From Wolbachia endosymbiont of Cimex lectularius (GTDB taxonomy: Bacteria > Pseudomonadota > Alphaproteobacteria > Rickettsiales > Anaplasmataceae): a stretch of DNA of 32,000 bases. Both the position numbers and the translations under genes were made by a program. Positions 1 through 11,159 of the stretch are shown here, piece after piece. Position 1 is the first letter of the stretch; each line of letters opens with the position of its first letter. The stretch covers positions 1,200,001 through 1,232,000 of the forward strand of contig NZ_AP013028.1 in the NCBI RefSeq assembly GCF_000829315.1, read 5' to 3'. The notes beneath the pieces are model-generated. The model was not told the DNA's origin, ran no database searches, and saw only the letters and a list, made by a program, of their open reading frames with translations.

Positions 1-127
1 AATAGATTAGGTCCTTTAATGCACGATCGTATCTATTATGCAGTTGTATGTTGCTACTTGGATAACATCTTTTCGTGCTTGGAATAGAGTTTGCTATAAA
101 ATGAACTACATTAAAGACAGTCATCAT
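1..127 (-). CDS. partial ORF (N-terminal 42 codons, runs off window start) directly downstream of mreB; unidentified, in the position where mreC often sits
   Basis: ATG at 127-125 lies 2 nt after the mreB stop (130-132). The frame stays open to position 1 (MMTVFNVVHFIANSIPSTKRCYPSSNIQLHNRYDRALKDLIY). Tight spacing suggests co-transcription. I recognise no family motif. Confidence 0.3.
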   Translation of the reverse strand, partial: MMTVFNVVHFIANSIPSTKRCYPSSNIQLHNRYDRALKDLIY

Positions 128-129
128 AA

Positions 130-2654
<2,525 letters not shown>

Positions 2655-2925
2655 ATTTGTTCATTTTTTAGAAAACATCTATTTAATATCGTAATAGATT
2701 AATAATAAAGTTAAAAGTATATTTACTCAAAGTACAATAAAAAATTATGTATTCTGTGCCTTTACTAGATTTTTCCACCAAAAGTCTAGCGCTTTATTAG
2801 AAAATTAATTGTAAGATTGTAGAAAAGTATTTAGTATTTTATTTTTCTTGACTATACTGCTATAGAGAGATTATTAAATACTAAAATTTAAAGTTACGCA
2901 CTATTTTAAAATTTATGGAGGTTTA

Positions 2926-3408
2926 GTGATGTGGAGTAGGTTGATTGTAATGTGCTGTTTTTGTTTACTGCTTACTGGTGTAAGCTCTTGTCCAAAGAAA
3001 GGAGTGAACACAGCAAATAAAATGAACTCTGTTGTTAAACAGATGAGCGAAAAAAGAGTTTTTTTTGATTATGATAAATCTAATATTGGCGAAGCAGGTG
3101 CAGATGTATTGCTCGATGTAATGGAGGTATTGCAAAATAACCCTGATATGAAGGTTACTGTAATTGGTCATACTGATAATCGTGGTTCTCATGAGTACAA
3201 TGTTGCACTGGGCGAGAGAAGGGCAGATGCGGCTAAGAAATTTATGGTTAGCTGTACACCTTATCTAGAAAATAGAATAAAAACTGCTTCTAGAGGTGAA
3301 ACCGAGCCTTTAGTTTATGTACAGGACGACTCTAAGAATTCCAAGTATGAAAAACAGCATGCTAAAAACCGTAGGGTGGAGTTCTCATTTTCTGAAGCAA
3401 AGAAATAG
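2926..3408 (+). CDS. pal: peptidoglycan-associated lipoprotein (OmpA-family C-terminal domain)
   Basis: Signal peptide with lipobox LTGVSS-C. OmpA-like domain: VFFDYDKSNI, TVIGHTDNRGSHEYNVALGERRA, NRRVEF. GGAGG at 2916-2920 favours ATG 2929 as the real start; the track starts at GTG 2926. Confidence 0.85.
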   Translation: MMWSRLIVMCCFCLLLTGVSSCPKKGVNTANKMNSVVKQMSEKRVFFDYDKSNIGEAGADVLLDVMEVLQNNPDMKVTVIGHTDNRGSHEYNVALGERRADAAKKFMVSCTPYLENRIKTASRGETEPLVYVQDDSKNSKYEKQHAKNRRVEFSFSEAKK

Positions 3409-3428
3409 TTTTTCGCATTAAAACCTAG

Positions 3429-3451
3429 ATCCCAGTGTTAAGCACTGGGAT
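3429..3451. repeat. palindromic repeat hairpin (atcccagtg-ttaag-cactgggat), member of the family also seen inside ileS and alaS
   Basis: Perfect 9-bp stem with a 5-nt loop, 21 nt after the pal stop. The same core recurs at 20156-20178 and 22061-83, and in degenerate form at 27599-27621, 30766-30790 and elsewhere. Confidence 0.8.
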
Positions 3452-3599
3452 AACTAAAGATAAGGGCACTTGGAATAGTATAAGGACGCTTAGGTTGTAA
3501 GGGGAGGAGGGCACAAAAAAACACAACGCATAGTTGGAATCTAGCAAGTGTTATTTCCTATATAATTGACTTAAGAAAGCAAATTATGCAAGAGACCTA

Positions 3600-4895
3600 A
3601 TGGAATTAGAGTTATTATTTCAAGATGTAATCAAGGGCTTTGCTATCCATAACAATAAAGTTGCAGTTGCAGTGTCAGGTGGTATAGACAGTATAGCTTT
3701 ATTGCATTTAATGATTAATTGGACAAAAAAAAGACAATGTCCTCTTCCTATAGTATTAACAGTAAATCATGCATTGCGTCCAGAGTCTCAGGAGGAAGCC
3801 GAATTTGTTGTAAGTTATGCAAAAGAACTTGGAGTAGAGGAGTCGTTCATATTAAAATGGGAGAAGCAAAATATCAAAGGTAATGTTCAATCACAAGCAC
3901 GAAAAGCACGATATAAGCTACTAACAGAATGGTGTAAAGACAACGATGTTAAGCACCTACTCATTGCTCATCATAAAGATGATCAAGCAGAAACGTTTCT
4001 ACTCAGGCTTGAACGTGGTAGCGGCATAGATGGATTGTCATCTATGGATTGTAAGTCTTTTTTTAATGGTATTTATATACTGAGGCCGTTGTTAAATTTT
4101 AGTCGTAGTGAAATAGAAAAATCTGCAAACTTTCATCGGCTAAGATGGGTTGAAGACAGAAGTAATCAAGATTTGAAATATAGGCGCACGTTATACCGCA
4201 ACCTGCTTAAAGTAAGTGATAATCAGGAGACTTTAATAGGGCGAATATGCCTCACAGCTCTTCACATGAAAAGAGCTGTAAAAGCGTTGATGCACTACAC
4301 GCGTCTTGCGTTTAATGATTGTGTTAATGTTCATGATCTTGGTTACATTGAAATCAAACTAAGTGAATTTCATAAATTGCCTGAGGAAATAGCCTTGAGG
4401 CTTCTTCTCTATTCTATAATGGTAATCAGCAGTAAACATTACAAACCAAGATATAACAATCTTATTGCAACATTTAACCAAATATTGCAAAAGGATAACG
4501 ATCTTCATTGTACGCTTTCTGAGTGTAGAATAAGGAAGTACAAAGAAAGCATATTAGTAATTAGAGAGCCATCAAAAATACAGGAAGTATCCGTAAATTT
4601 GCCACTCAATGGTCCTGTTGAATGGGATAACAGGTTCAGCTGCACAATACTTGGGGATCAGGAGTGTTCAGTAACTATTGCCCCGTTAAAGAAAACACAT
4701 AAGATTCCTACGTTCTTAAAAGATTATAATTGCTGTTCTGAGGTTTTTTACTCTTTACCTGTGGTGCTAAAAGATGAAAAGATACTGGCTTATTCTCATA
4801 TAAATTATGATGAAGAAAATACCCATAACGGTAAGTTTCAATGCATTACTAATAGCATAATAAAACAAAATCTGGTAAACTTAATTGATATTTAG
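3600..4895 (+). CDS. tilS: tRNA(Ile)-lysidine synthase
   Basis: PP-loop ATP pyrophosphatase motif SGGIDS within [17 protein letters not shown]. 431 aa. Sits 12 nt upstream of ftsH, a common tilS-ftsH arrangement. Confidence 0.9.
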   Translation: MELELLFQDVIKGFAIHNNKVAVAVSGGIDSIALLHLMINWTKKRQCPLPIVLTVNHALRPESQEEAEFVVSYAKELGVEESFILKWEKQNIKGNVQSQARKARYKLLTEWCKDNDVKHLLIAHHKDDQAETFLLRLERGSGIDGLSSMDCKSFFNGIYILRPLLNFSRSEIEKSANFHRLRWVEDRSNQDLKYRRTLYRNLLKVSDNQETLIGRICLTALHMKRAVKALMHYTRLAFNDCVNVHDLGYIEIKLSEFHKLPEEIALRLLLYSIMVISSKHYKPRYNNLIATFNQILQKDNDLHCTLSECRIRKYKESILVIREPSKIQEVSVNLPLNGPVEWDNRFSCTILGDQECSVTIAPLKKTHKIPTFLKDYNCCSEVFYSLPVVLKDEKILAYSHINYDEENTHNGKFQCITNSIIKQNLVNLIDI

Positions 4896-4907
4896 TCAAA
4901 AATAACA

Positions 4908-6737
4908 ATGAAAAAATTTTTAGAAGGCCTATTGATTTGGTTAGTAATAGTTGTATTTGTTTCGGTTGCTTATATCCAGTTCAGCGGAAATATAGGAAAA
5001 AGTAAAACAACTATACCTTTTTCAGAATTTTTAACTAGGCTGGAAGATAGTGACATAGAAAGTGTTGTCATAAGAAATCAGAACATTGAAGGCAAGTTTA
5101 GAGATGGGTCAAGCTTTAACTCAAGTGGTGTTATATATAGTGACTTAATAAAAAGTTTGCATGACAGAAAAGTGAAATTCTCCTTTTCAACTGGAGATTC
5201 TGCAATGAGCATCATTGGGAGCTTACTTATTCAATGGATCCCAACATTTATCTTTATCGGGTTATTACTGTTCCTTTTAAAACAAACACAAGCAAGAGGC
5301 AACAGAACCATAAGCTTTGGCAAATCAAAAGCTAGGCTCATGACTAGCGGAAAAAAAGTGACATTTGACGATGTTGCTGGAATTGATGAAGCAAAGGAAG
5401 AGTTGGTAGAAATTGTTGATTTTCTTAAACAAAGGCAAAAATTTCAAGTGTTGGGTGGAAAAATACCAAAAGGGTGCCTCTTAATTGGCTCTCCTGGAAC
5501 TGGTAAGACCCTACTTGCTCGTGCGATTGCAGGTGAGGCTAATGTGCCATTTTTTAGCATCTCTGGATCTGATTTTGTCGAAATGTTTGTTGGTGTTGGT
5601 GCAAGCCGTGTACGCGATATGTTCGATCAAGGCAAGAAACACGCTCCGTGTATAATTTTCATAGATGAGATAGACGCAGTGGGTAGGCATCGTGGCATTG
5701 GTCTTGGTGGTGGCAATGATGAAAGAGAACAAACGTTAAATCAGTTATTAGTTGAAATGGATGGTTTTGAGTCTAATGAAGGTGTGATAATAGTTGCTGC
5801 AACCAATCGTCCAGATGTTTTAGATCCAGCTCTGCTTAGACCTGGTCGTTTTGACCGTCAGATCACTATTTCTTTACCTGATATAAATGGGCGTGAAAGG
5901 ATATTAAATACACATATAAAGAAAATATCGATAGCACCAGATGTAAATGTAAAAACAGTTGCAAGAGGAACACCGGGTTTCTCAGGTGCCGATTTAGCAA
6001 ACCTAGTGAATGAATCTGCGCTTATTGCTGCAAGAAGGAACAAGAAAATTGTTACTATGGATGATTTTGAATATGCACGTGATAAAGTGATGATGGGCGT
6101 GGAAAGGCGTTCCTTAATCATGACAGAAGAGGAAAAAAGGCTCACTGCTTACCATGAGGCTGGTCACGCAGTAGTTGCTGTTAATATGCCTGCCTCCGAT
6201 CCGATACACAAAGCAACTATCATTCCAAGGGGTAGAGCCTTAGGTTTAGTTATGAGATTGCCGGAAACAGACAGAGTATCTCATACAAGGGAAAAGATGA
6301 TAGCAGACATAACCGTTGCTATGGGTGGAAGAGTAGCAGAAGAGCTAATTTTTGGTTATGATAAAATCACAAGCGGCGCATCTTCGGATATAAAACAAGC
6401 ATCTGATTTATCACGCGCTATGGTAGCAAAATGGGGGATGAGCGATAAGGTAGGACCGATATATCATAGTCGTGAACAAAACGTGCATGGTTCTGATATA
6501 ATTTCTGAAGACACTCTAAAGCTCATAGATGAGGAAGTAAAACGAGTTGTATCTTCATGCTATGAAAAGGCAAAGGATATCTTGACCAAACGCCGCAAAG
6601 ATCTGGAACTTATCGCTGAAAACCTGCTGGAGTTTGAGACTTTAACAGGAGATGAAATCAAAGATATATTAAGTGGGAAAAAGATTGTGAGAAATGAAAA
6701 CGAAAACAAGGAAAAAGTAAGAAAATCCTCTCTGTGA
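4908..6737 (+). CDS. ftsH: ATP-dependent zinc metalloprotease FtsH
   Basis: Two N-terminal TM helices. AAA+ Walker A GSPGTGKT and Walker B IIFIDEID. Zinc protease motif HEAGH. 609 aa. Confidence 0.97.
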   Translation: MKKFLEGLLIWLVIVVFVSVAYIQFSGNIGKSKTTIPFSEFLTRLEDSDIESVVIRNQNIEGKFRDGSSFNSSGVIYSDLIKSLHDRKVKFSFSTGDSAMSIIGSLLIQWIPTFIFIGLLLFLLKQTQARGNRTISFGKSKARLMTSGKKVTFDDVAGIDEAKEELVEIVDFLKQRQKFQVLGGKIPKGCLLIGSPGTGKTLLARAIAGEANVPFFSISGSDFVEMFVGVGASRVRDMFDQGKKHAPCIIFIDEIDAVGRHRGIGLGGGNDEREQTLNQLLVEMDGFESNEGVIIVAATNRPDVLDPALLRPGRFDRQITISLPDINGRERILNTHIKKISIAPDVNVKTVARGTPGFSGADLANLVNESALIAARRNKKIVTMDDFEYARDKVMMGVERRSLIMTEEEKRLTAYHEAGHAVVAVNMPASDPIHKATIIPRGRALGLVMRLPETDRVSHTREKMIADITVAMGGRVAEELIFGYDKITSGASSDIKQASDLSRAMVAKWGMSDKVGPIYHSREQNVHGSDIISEDTLKLIDEEVKRVVSSCYEKAKDILTKRRKDLELIAENLLEFETLTGDEIKDILSGKKIVRNENENKEKVRKSSL

Positions 6738-6791
6738 TTAGATCTGGCCTAGTAAACCTCTCGCATAAAAAACAGCTTTTGGTATATGCGA

Positions 6792-6998
6792 AAAAACTAC
6801 TTGACAACCTTCGTCGTCACCCTTATAATGATACTGAAGCTATTTGTTTAACTTCCCAATCTGAGCAGGTTAAAATGACAAGAAAACTTGTATTTGGCGT
6901 ACTATTGTTTAATTTTTCGCACTATGTGCACTGCATGTCTTTTTAAAAACTTCGGGTTTTTACCCATACAAGCTGAAACGCGCTTATAAGTCGTTTAA
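6792..6998 (+). repeat. B-type intergenic repeat, copy 1 (promoter-bearing; cut at its distal end by IS copy 1)
   Basis: About 207 bp, clearly homologous by eye to the reverse complement of 17643-17849 and more distantly to 31271-31471. Shared blocks include aaagacatgcagtgcacatagtgc and cttataagtcgtttaa. Confidence 0.75.
6801..6829 (+). promoter_or_regulatory. perfect sigma-70 consensus promoter inside the B-type repeat
   Basis: TTGACA (6801-6806), 17-nt spacer, TATAAT (6824-6829). No convincing ORF lies downstream. Confidence 0.5.
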
Positions 6999-7859
6999 GA
7001 ACCTGTTTAAAATCTTCGTAACAGGAGAGAAATGAAGGAGAGGACTATCATCTGTAAGCTAGTGTTGAGCTTCCGCTCGCAATTTTTCCACAATCGCCTG
7101 CACTTTTCTAACCAGGCAAAAGAGCGTTCAACAACCCATCTTTTTGGCAATACGACGAAAGTGTGTAACTCACTTCGCTTTATTACTTCAACAGTCGCAC
7201 CAATGATAGCTTTTATTTGTGTTGCAAAATTTTCTCCTGTGTAGCCAGCATCAACCAGTATGTTTTTAACTTCAGAGAGGTTTGCTTTAGCATTTTCGAC
7301 CATTTTCACAGCACTGCTACGGTCAGTTGCTTCTGCCGTTGTTACATAAATTGCATGTGGCAAACCTTGTGTATCAACTGCAATATGGCGCTTTATCCCT
7401 GAAATCTTTTTACCTGCATCATAGCCTTTTTTTTTCAGCAGTATCTGCGTTTTTAACGCTTTGAGAATCAATTATACAAAAGCTAGTTTTCTCTTTCCGA
7501 CCATTGCTGATACGGACCTCTCCAACTAATTTTTTTTAAGACTAATTCCAACAAGCTTGGCTCTTCTCCATTCTTTTTACTCCACACTCGAAAATAGTAA
7601 TATACGCTTTCCCATCTTGGAAAACCCTTTGGTAACATCCTCCACTGACAACCACTTTTTAAGACGTACAACACCCCACAAAATACGTCATACAAATCAA
7701 GTTTTCTTGGTTTTGTTTTCTGCTTGCTACTCTCCAAAATTGGCCTGATTTTTTCAAACTGCTCTTGACTTATATTACTTGGATAACTTTTCTGCATAGA
7801 CACCTCATTATTAATCTATGCTTACTTTACCTCACATTTCCAAGATTTTAAACAGGTTC
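6999..7859 (-). mobile_element. IS5-family insertion sequence (ISWpi1-like), copy 1, 861 bp
   Basis: 18-bp terminal inverted repeats: GAACCTGTTTAAAATCTT at 6999-7016 and its complement at 7842-7859. Flanked by TAA at 6996-6998 and 7860-7862. Near-identical to the copies at 8895-9754 and 23329-24187. Confidence 0.95.
7007..7797 (-). pseudogene. IS5-family DDE transposase, copy 1, carrying an extra A in an internal homopolymer
   Basis: orfA is MQKSYPSNISQEQF.... orfB carries the DDE landmarks DSQSVK, VDAGY and ERSFAWL. The run at 7427-7435 is 9 nt here and 8 nt in the other two copies, which breaks the orfB frame between DSQSVKNADTAE and KKGYDAGKK. Confidence 0.8.
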
Positions 7860-8678
7860 TAAGGCCTGTTCAAGCAACTTCTTTTGTTTTCTAGGATTGC
7901 CTAAATCAGAGTATCCATCATCCATCCATACTAATAAGTACACAAGATAATCCTTCTCTATTCTCTGTTTTTCTAAAGGTTTTTTTTCTTCTAGCCAAAC
8001 ATCAATATGTGACAGAAATGCTTCTAAATGCGGCAACAGTTGTCGTTTCTTAGCATAATCTTCTAATTTATCACTACCATAAGGAAAGCTTTCTTTTAAT
8101 AGTTGAAAAACGGTTTTTATTTCTTCTGTACTTTTTCCACTTTCCTCTGACTTTAGCCTTGTCACCTCCTGAACCAAGTTGTGCACTAACATGCTATGAT
8201 CTTTTTTGACAGTTAACATAGAATAACTTGACAATATTCCCAATGTTTCGTAGAAAGTTTCTGAGGAAGGATTATTTTCTTGATTATCAGCAAAAATTTC
8301 TAGTAAAAATTGAGGAATAGGACTACTACCTAAGTAAGCACAGGCAGTAAGCCATTTAACTGCCAATGAAGATTCTCTTTTGATTGCTTCTACTGTAATG
8401 TCCCATGTAACGTACACTATTGCTGCAGTCTCTCTATTAGCACCGACTGGAAATGTTTCAAGCAATGTTTTATCAGATAATAAAGCTCGTTTTCTATCAT
8501 TATATAATTTCACATAGTCTGAAATATTTATATATGTTTTCTTTATATAAGCGCTTGCTTGGGCTAAAGCTAGAGGTAAATGACCTAACGTCTTCGCCAA
8601 TGCATCCACTTGAGTTATATTGAGTTTTTTTCCTTTTACTTCTAGTATCTTACGAATGTAGCTCCTTGATTCTTCAGG
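7860..8678 (-). pseudogene. fragment 4 of the STAND gene: GLPL motif, winged-helix/helical region, start of a TPR-like repeat
   Basis: PEESRSYIRKILEVKGKKLNITQVDALAKTLGHLPLALAQASAYI...GNPRKQKKLLEQAL, then IS copy 1. The track ORF 7848-8609 ends in IS-derived codons. Confidence 0.8.
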
Positions 8679-8894
8679 TCAAAAACATCAACAGAAATAG
8701 TGCTCTGTGGTTGTGGCCAGCCAAAGTTATAACGAGAAGTTAATAATATCTTTCCTCCTTTTGTAGGAAGTAAATCTGCTATATCTTTATAGTTGGGAGC
8801 GTTATCACATATCAGTAGCCATCCGGCACGTTTAGGGTATTCTAGCCAGTACTTAACATGCTTAGCATGATCTTCTTCGAGGACATCTCTTTTA
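8642..8894 (-). pseudogene. fragment 3 of the STAND gene: Walker B / sensor-1 part of NB-ARC
   Basis: Removing IS copy 2 and one TTA duplication restores the frame: ...YDYK-RDVLEEDHAKHVKYWLEYPKRAGWLLICDNAPNYKDIADLLPTKGGKILLTSRYNF. Confidence 0.8.
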
Positions 8895-9754
8895 GAACCT
8901 GTTTAAAATCTTGGAAATGTGAGGTAAAGTAAGCATAGATTAATAATGAGGTGTCTATGCAGAAAAGTTATCCAAGTAATATAAGTCAAGAGCAGTTTGA
9001 AAAAATCAGGCCAATTTTGGAGAGTAGCAAGCAGAAAACAAAACCAAGAAAACTTGATTTGTATGACGTATTTTGTGGGGTGTTGTACGTCTTAAAAAGT
9101 GGTTGTCAGTGGAGGATGTTACCAAAGGGTTTTCCAAGATGGGAAAGCGTATATTACTATTTTCGAGTGTGGAGTAAAAAGAGTGGAGAAGAGCCAAGCT
9201 TGTTGGAATTAGTCTTAAAAAAAATTAGTTGGAGAGGTCCGTATCAGCAATGGTCGGAAAGAGAAAACTAGCTTTTGTATAATTGATTCTCAAAGCGTTA
9301 AAAACGCAGATACTGCTGAAAAAAAAGGCTATGATGCAGGTAAAAAGATTTCAGGGATAAAGCGCCATATTGCAGTTGATACACAAGGTTTGCCACATGC
9401 AATTTATGTAACAACGGCAGAAGCAACTGACCGTAGCAGTGCTGTGAAAATGGTCGAAAATGCTAAAGCAAACCTCTCTGAAGTTAAAAACATACTGGTT
9501 GATGCTGGCTACACAGGAGAAAATTTTGCAACACAAATAAAAGCTATCATTGGTGCGACTGTTGAAGTAATAAAGCGAAGTGAGTTACACACTTTCGTCG
9601 TATTGCCAAAAAGATGGGTTGTTGAACGCTCTTTTGCCTGGTTAGAAAAGTGCAGGCGATTGTGGAAAAATTGCGAGCGGAAGCTCAACACTAGCTTACA
9701 GATGATAGTCCTCTCCTTCATTTCTCTCCTGTTACGAAGATTTTAAACAGGTTC
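8895..9754 (+). mobile_element. IS5-family insertion sequence (ISWpi1-like), copy 2, 860 bp, apparently intact
   Basis: Same 18-bp inverted repeats as copy 1. Flanked by TTA at 8892-8894 and 9755-9757. Inserted inside the STAND gene. Confidence 0.95.
8957..9746 (+). CDS. IS5-family DDE transposase (orfA 8957-9271 plus orfB frame 9219-9746; a frame change is needed at the A8 run 9217-9224)
   Basis: GAGG at 8948-8951 precedes ATG 8957. orfB is in the +1 frame relative to orfA and opens right after TAA 9216-9218 inside the A8 run. The fused product would read ...LVLKK-LVGEVRISNGRKEKTSFCIIDSQSVKNADTAEKKGYDAGKK...VDAGY...ERSFAWL. Confidence 0.85.
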
Positions 9755-10228
9755 TTATAATCATAAATAATGTTTAGTTCACGTCCTAACTTGATGTACT
9801 CGTTAATTAAAGTATTTCTATCTTTTGCATCAAACCAAATTATCCCTTTATATTTTTGGAACTTACTCCAAATAAATTCTAATGCTAATTGTGTTTTACC
9901 TGTTCCACCTAGTCCATGACAAGCAACTAGTGTTGCTGTATCATTAGCGTCCAAACATTCTTCTATTTTATCTAGCAGTACTTCTCTGCCGACAAAGTTA
10001 TAATTTCGAAAAGAGACTTGCCAAAGTTCAGGTAGGCCTTCTTTGGGTTTAAGACTATAAAGATGTTCTATAGCTTCCTTAAAATAATTGTCTTTTCTTG
10101 TTAGATAAGGAACTTTGCTACCCTTTTGTGCCCACCATTTCTCTACCTTGTCATATACACGGACAAAAACCGTGTCAATATCTTCTCCCCTGATATTTTG
10201 TATACATTTCCTATTTCTTTCTTAATAA
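9755..10228 (-). pseudogene. fragment 2 of the STAND gene: linker plus P-loop (Walker A) part of NB-ARC
   Basis: The frame reads DIDTVFVRVYDKVEKWW...NYNFVGREVLLDKIEECLDANDTATLVACHGLGGTGKTQLALEF...NIIYDYK and then runs into the IS copy 2 end at 9754. Confidence 0.8.
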
Positions 10229-10919
10229 TATCATCTAATTCTGAATGATTAGGTTGATTAACTACAAACCTTAGTCTAAGTAGAAAATCTTCTATTTCAT
10301 CATCACTACCACAACTGAAGTATTTTTTCAGTTCAGTATGATTTTTTATTTTGTAGCACGCTCCTCTTTGACCTTTGCAAGTATTTAAAGTGTTATCATC
10401 TGTTAACGTTGATTCTTCCAGATACTTCTCTAATGTCTCTATGCTGCCTTGCTTTGCTGCACCTTTTTTTAAGTTCACATTAACATTAGTATGAATGGCA
10501 AGTGTGATATCGCTGTTCTGGAACTCAGTGCTTTGCTGAATCTCAGGATAAGATTCAACAAAATATTTGTTTAACCCGAAATCTTCTTTCTGTTGCTTTC
10601 TATCATTTTCATCAATAAACAAATCTTCAAAAGTAATATTCTTCGAAGCGCGATGTGTATTGCAGTGCTTAGCTTGAACCAAGACAATTTTCGATTTATT
10701 TTCCTGATCTTTATATTCAAAAAAAATATCATCAAAGGCTCCAAAACCTTCTATGTTTGATGCCAACCGAAAGTCAATTTTACCACTTAGCCCGTGGAGT
10801 AGATACAGCATTAATAATTTTACTTCGTACTTACGACCTTAATCACCTGTTGATGCGCCAGCTCTTTTCTGAAATGTAGAATTACCAAGTTCTTCAGACT
10901 GTTTATTTTCTACATTCAT
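10143..10919 (-). pseudogene. fragment 1 of the STAND gene: nuclease-like N-terminal module
   Basis: ATG 10919, then 26 codons, then an in-frame TAA, and the same frame continues into the 222-aa track ORF. Motif string: GD*GRKYEV...NIEGFGAFDDIFFEY...IVLVQAKH. Confidence 0.65.
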
Positions 10920-11159
10920 ACCCTGTTAAACCTACCAATAACTTCATTCTATAAAAAATTAAAGATTACCAAACACCTAAAATAATGCAATAGAGTCCTT
11001 ACATGTTGATAGAAGGCCTTCAAGAATAGGAATTGCTGAACAAACTCTTAATTCTTGGTTTAAATAAGACTTTCCAAAGATTTCCCAAATCTAATATGTA
11101 ATTGCTGCAGGCTGCGTTTAGTAATATAATCTCATATTAAATGGACGTTACTTAAGTTT

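Larger units (their letters stand above)
7860..10919 (-). pseudogene. disrupted STAND NTPase: N-terminal PD-(D/E)xK (Cap4/DUF4297-like) nuclease module + NB-ARC ATPase; C-terminal repeat region missing
   Basis: Conceptual minus-strand translation gives the ordered NB-ARC motifs GLGGTGKT (Walker A), WLLICDNA (Walker B), GGKILLTSR and GHLPLAL. Lesions: TAA at 10839-10841, a frameshift within 10146-10228, IS copy 2 at 8895-9754, a frameshift near 8675-8690, and truncation by IS copy 1 at 7860. Confidence 0.8.

Noticed and set aside
2848-2876. TTGACT…TTATTA upstream of pal as a promoter; similar weak matches occur upstream of nrdB, bamE and miaB
   Set aside because: The -10 matches are poor or the spacing is ambiguous in very AT-rich DNA, so I cannot support them from sequence alone.
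6762-6790. Hairpin cgcata-N17-tatgcg just after ftsH as a rho-independent terminator
   Set aside because: The stem is short with a 17-nt loop, and it is followed by an A run rather than a T run on the ftsH strand.
6734-6946. 70-aa ORF overlapping the ftsH stop and running through the B-type repeat
   Set aside because: It lies inside a repeated non-coding element. The homologous copies at 17643-17849 and 31271-31471 do not preserve the frame or the internal ATG (ACG in copy 2). There is no ribosome-binding site.
6999-9754. IS copies 1 and 2 in inverted orientation flanking 1 kb: could this be a composite transposon?
   Set aside because: Each copy has its own matching 3-bp duplication (TAA/TAA and TTA/TTA). 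The enclosed segment is colinear with the STAND gene on both sides of copy 2. So these are independent simple insertions, although inversion by recombination between them remains possible.
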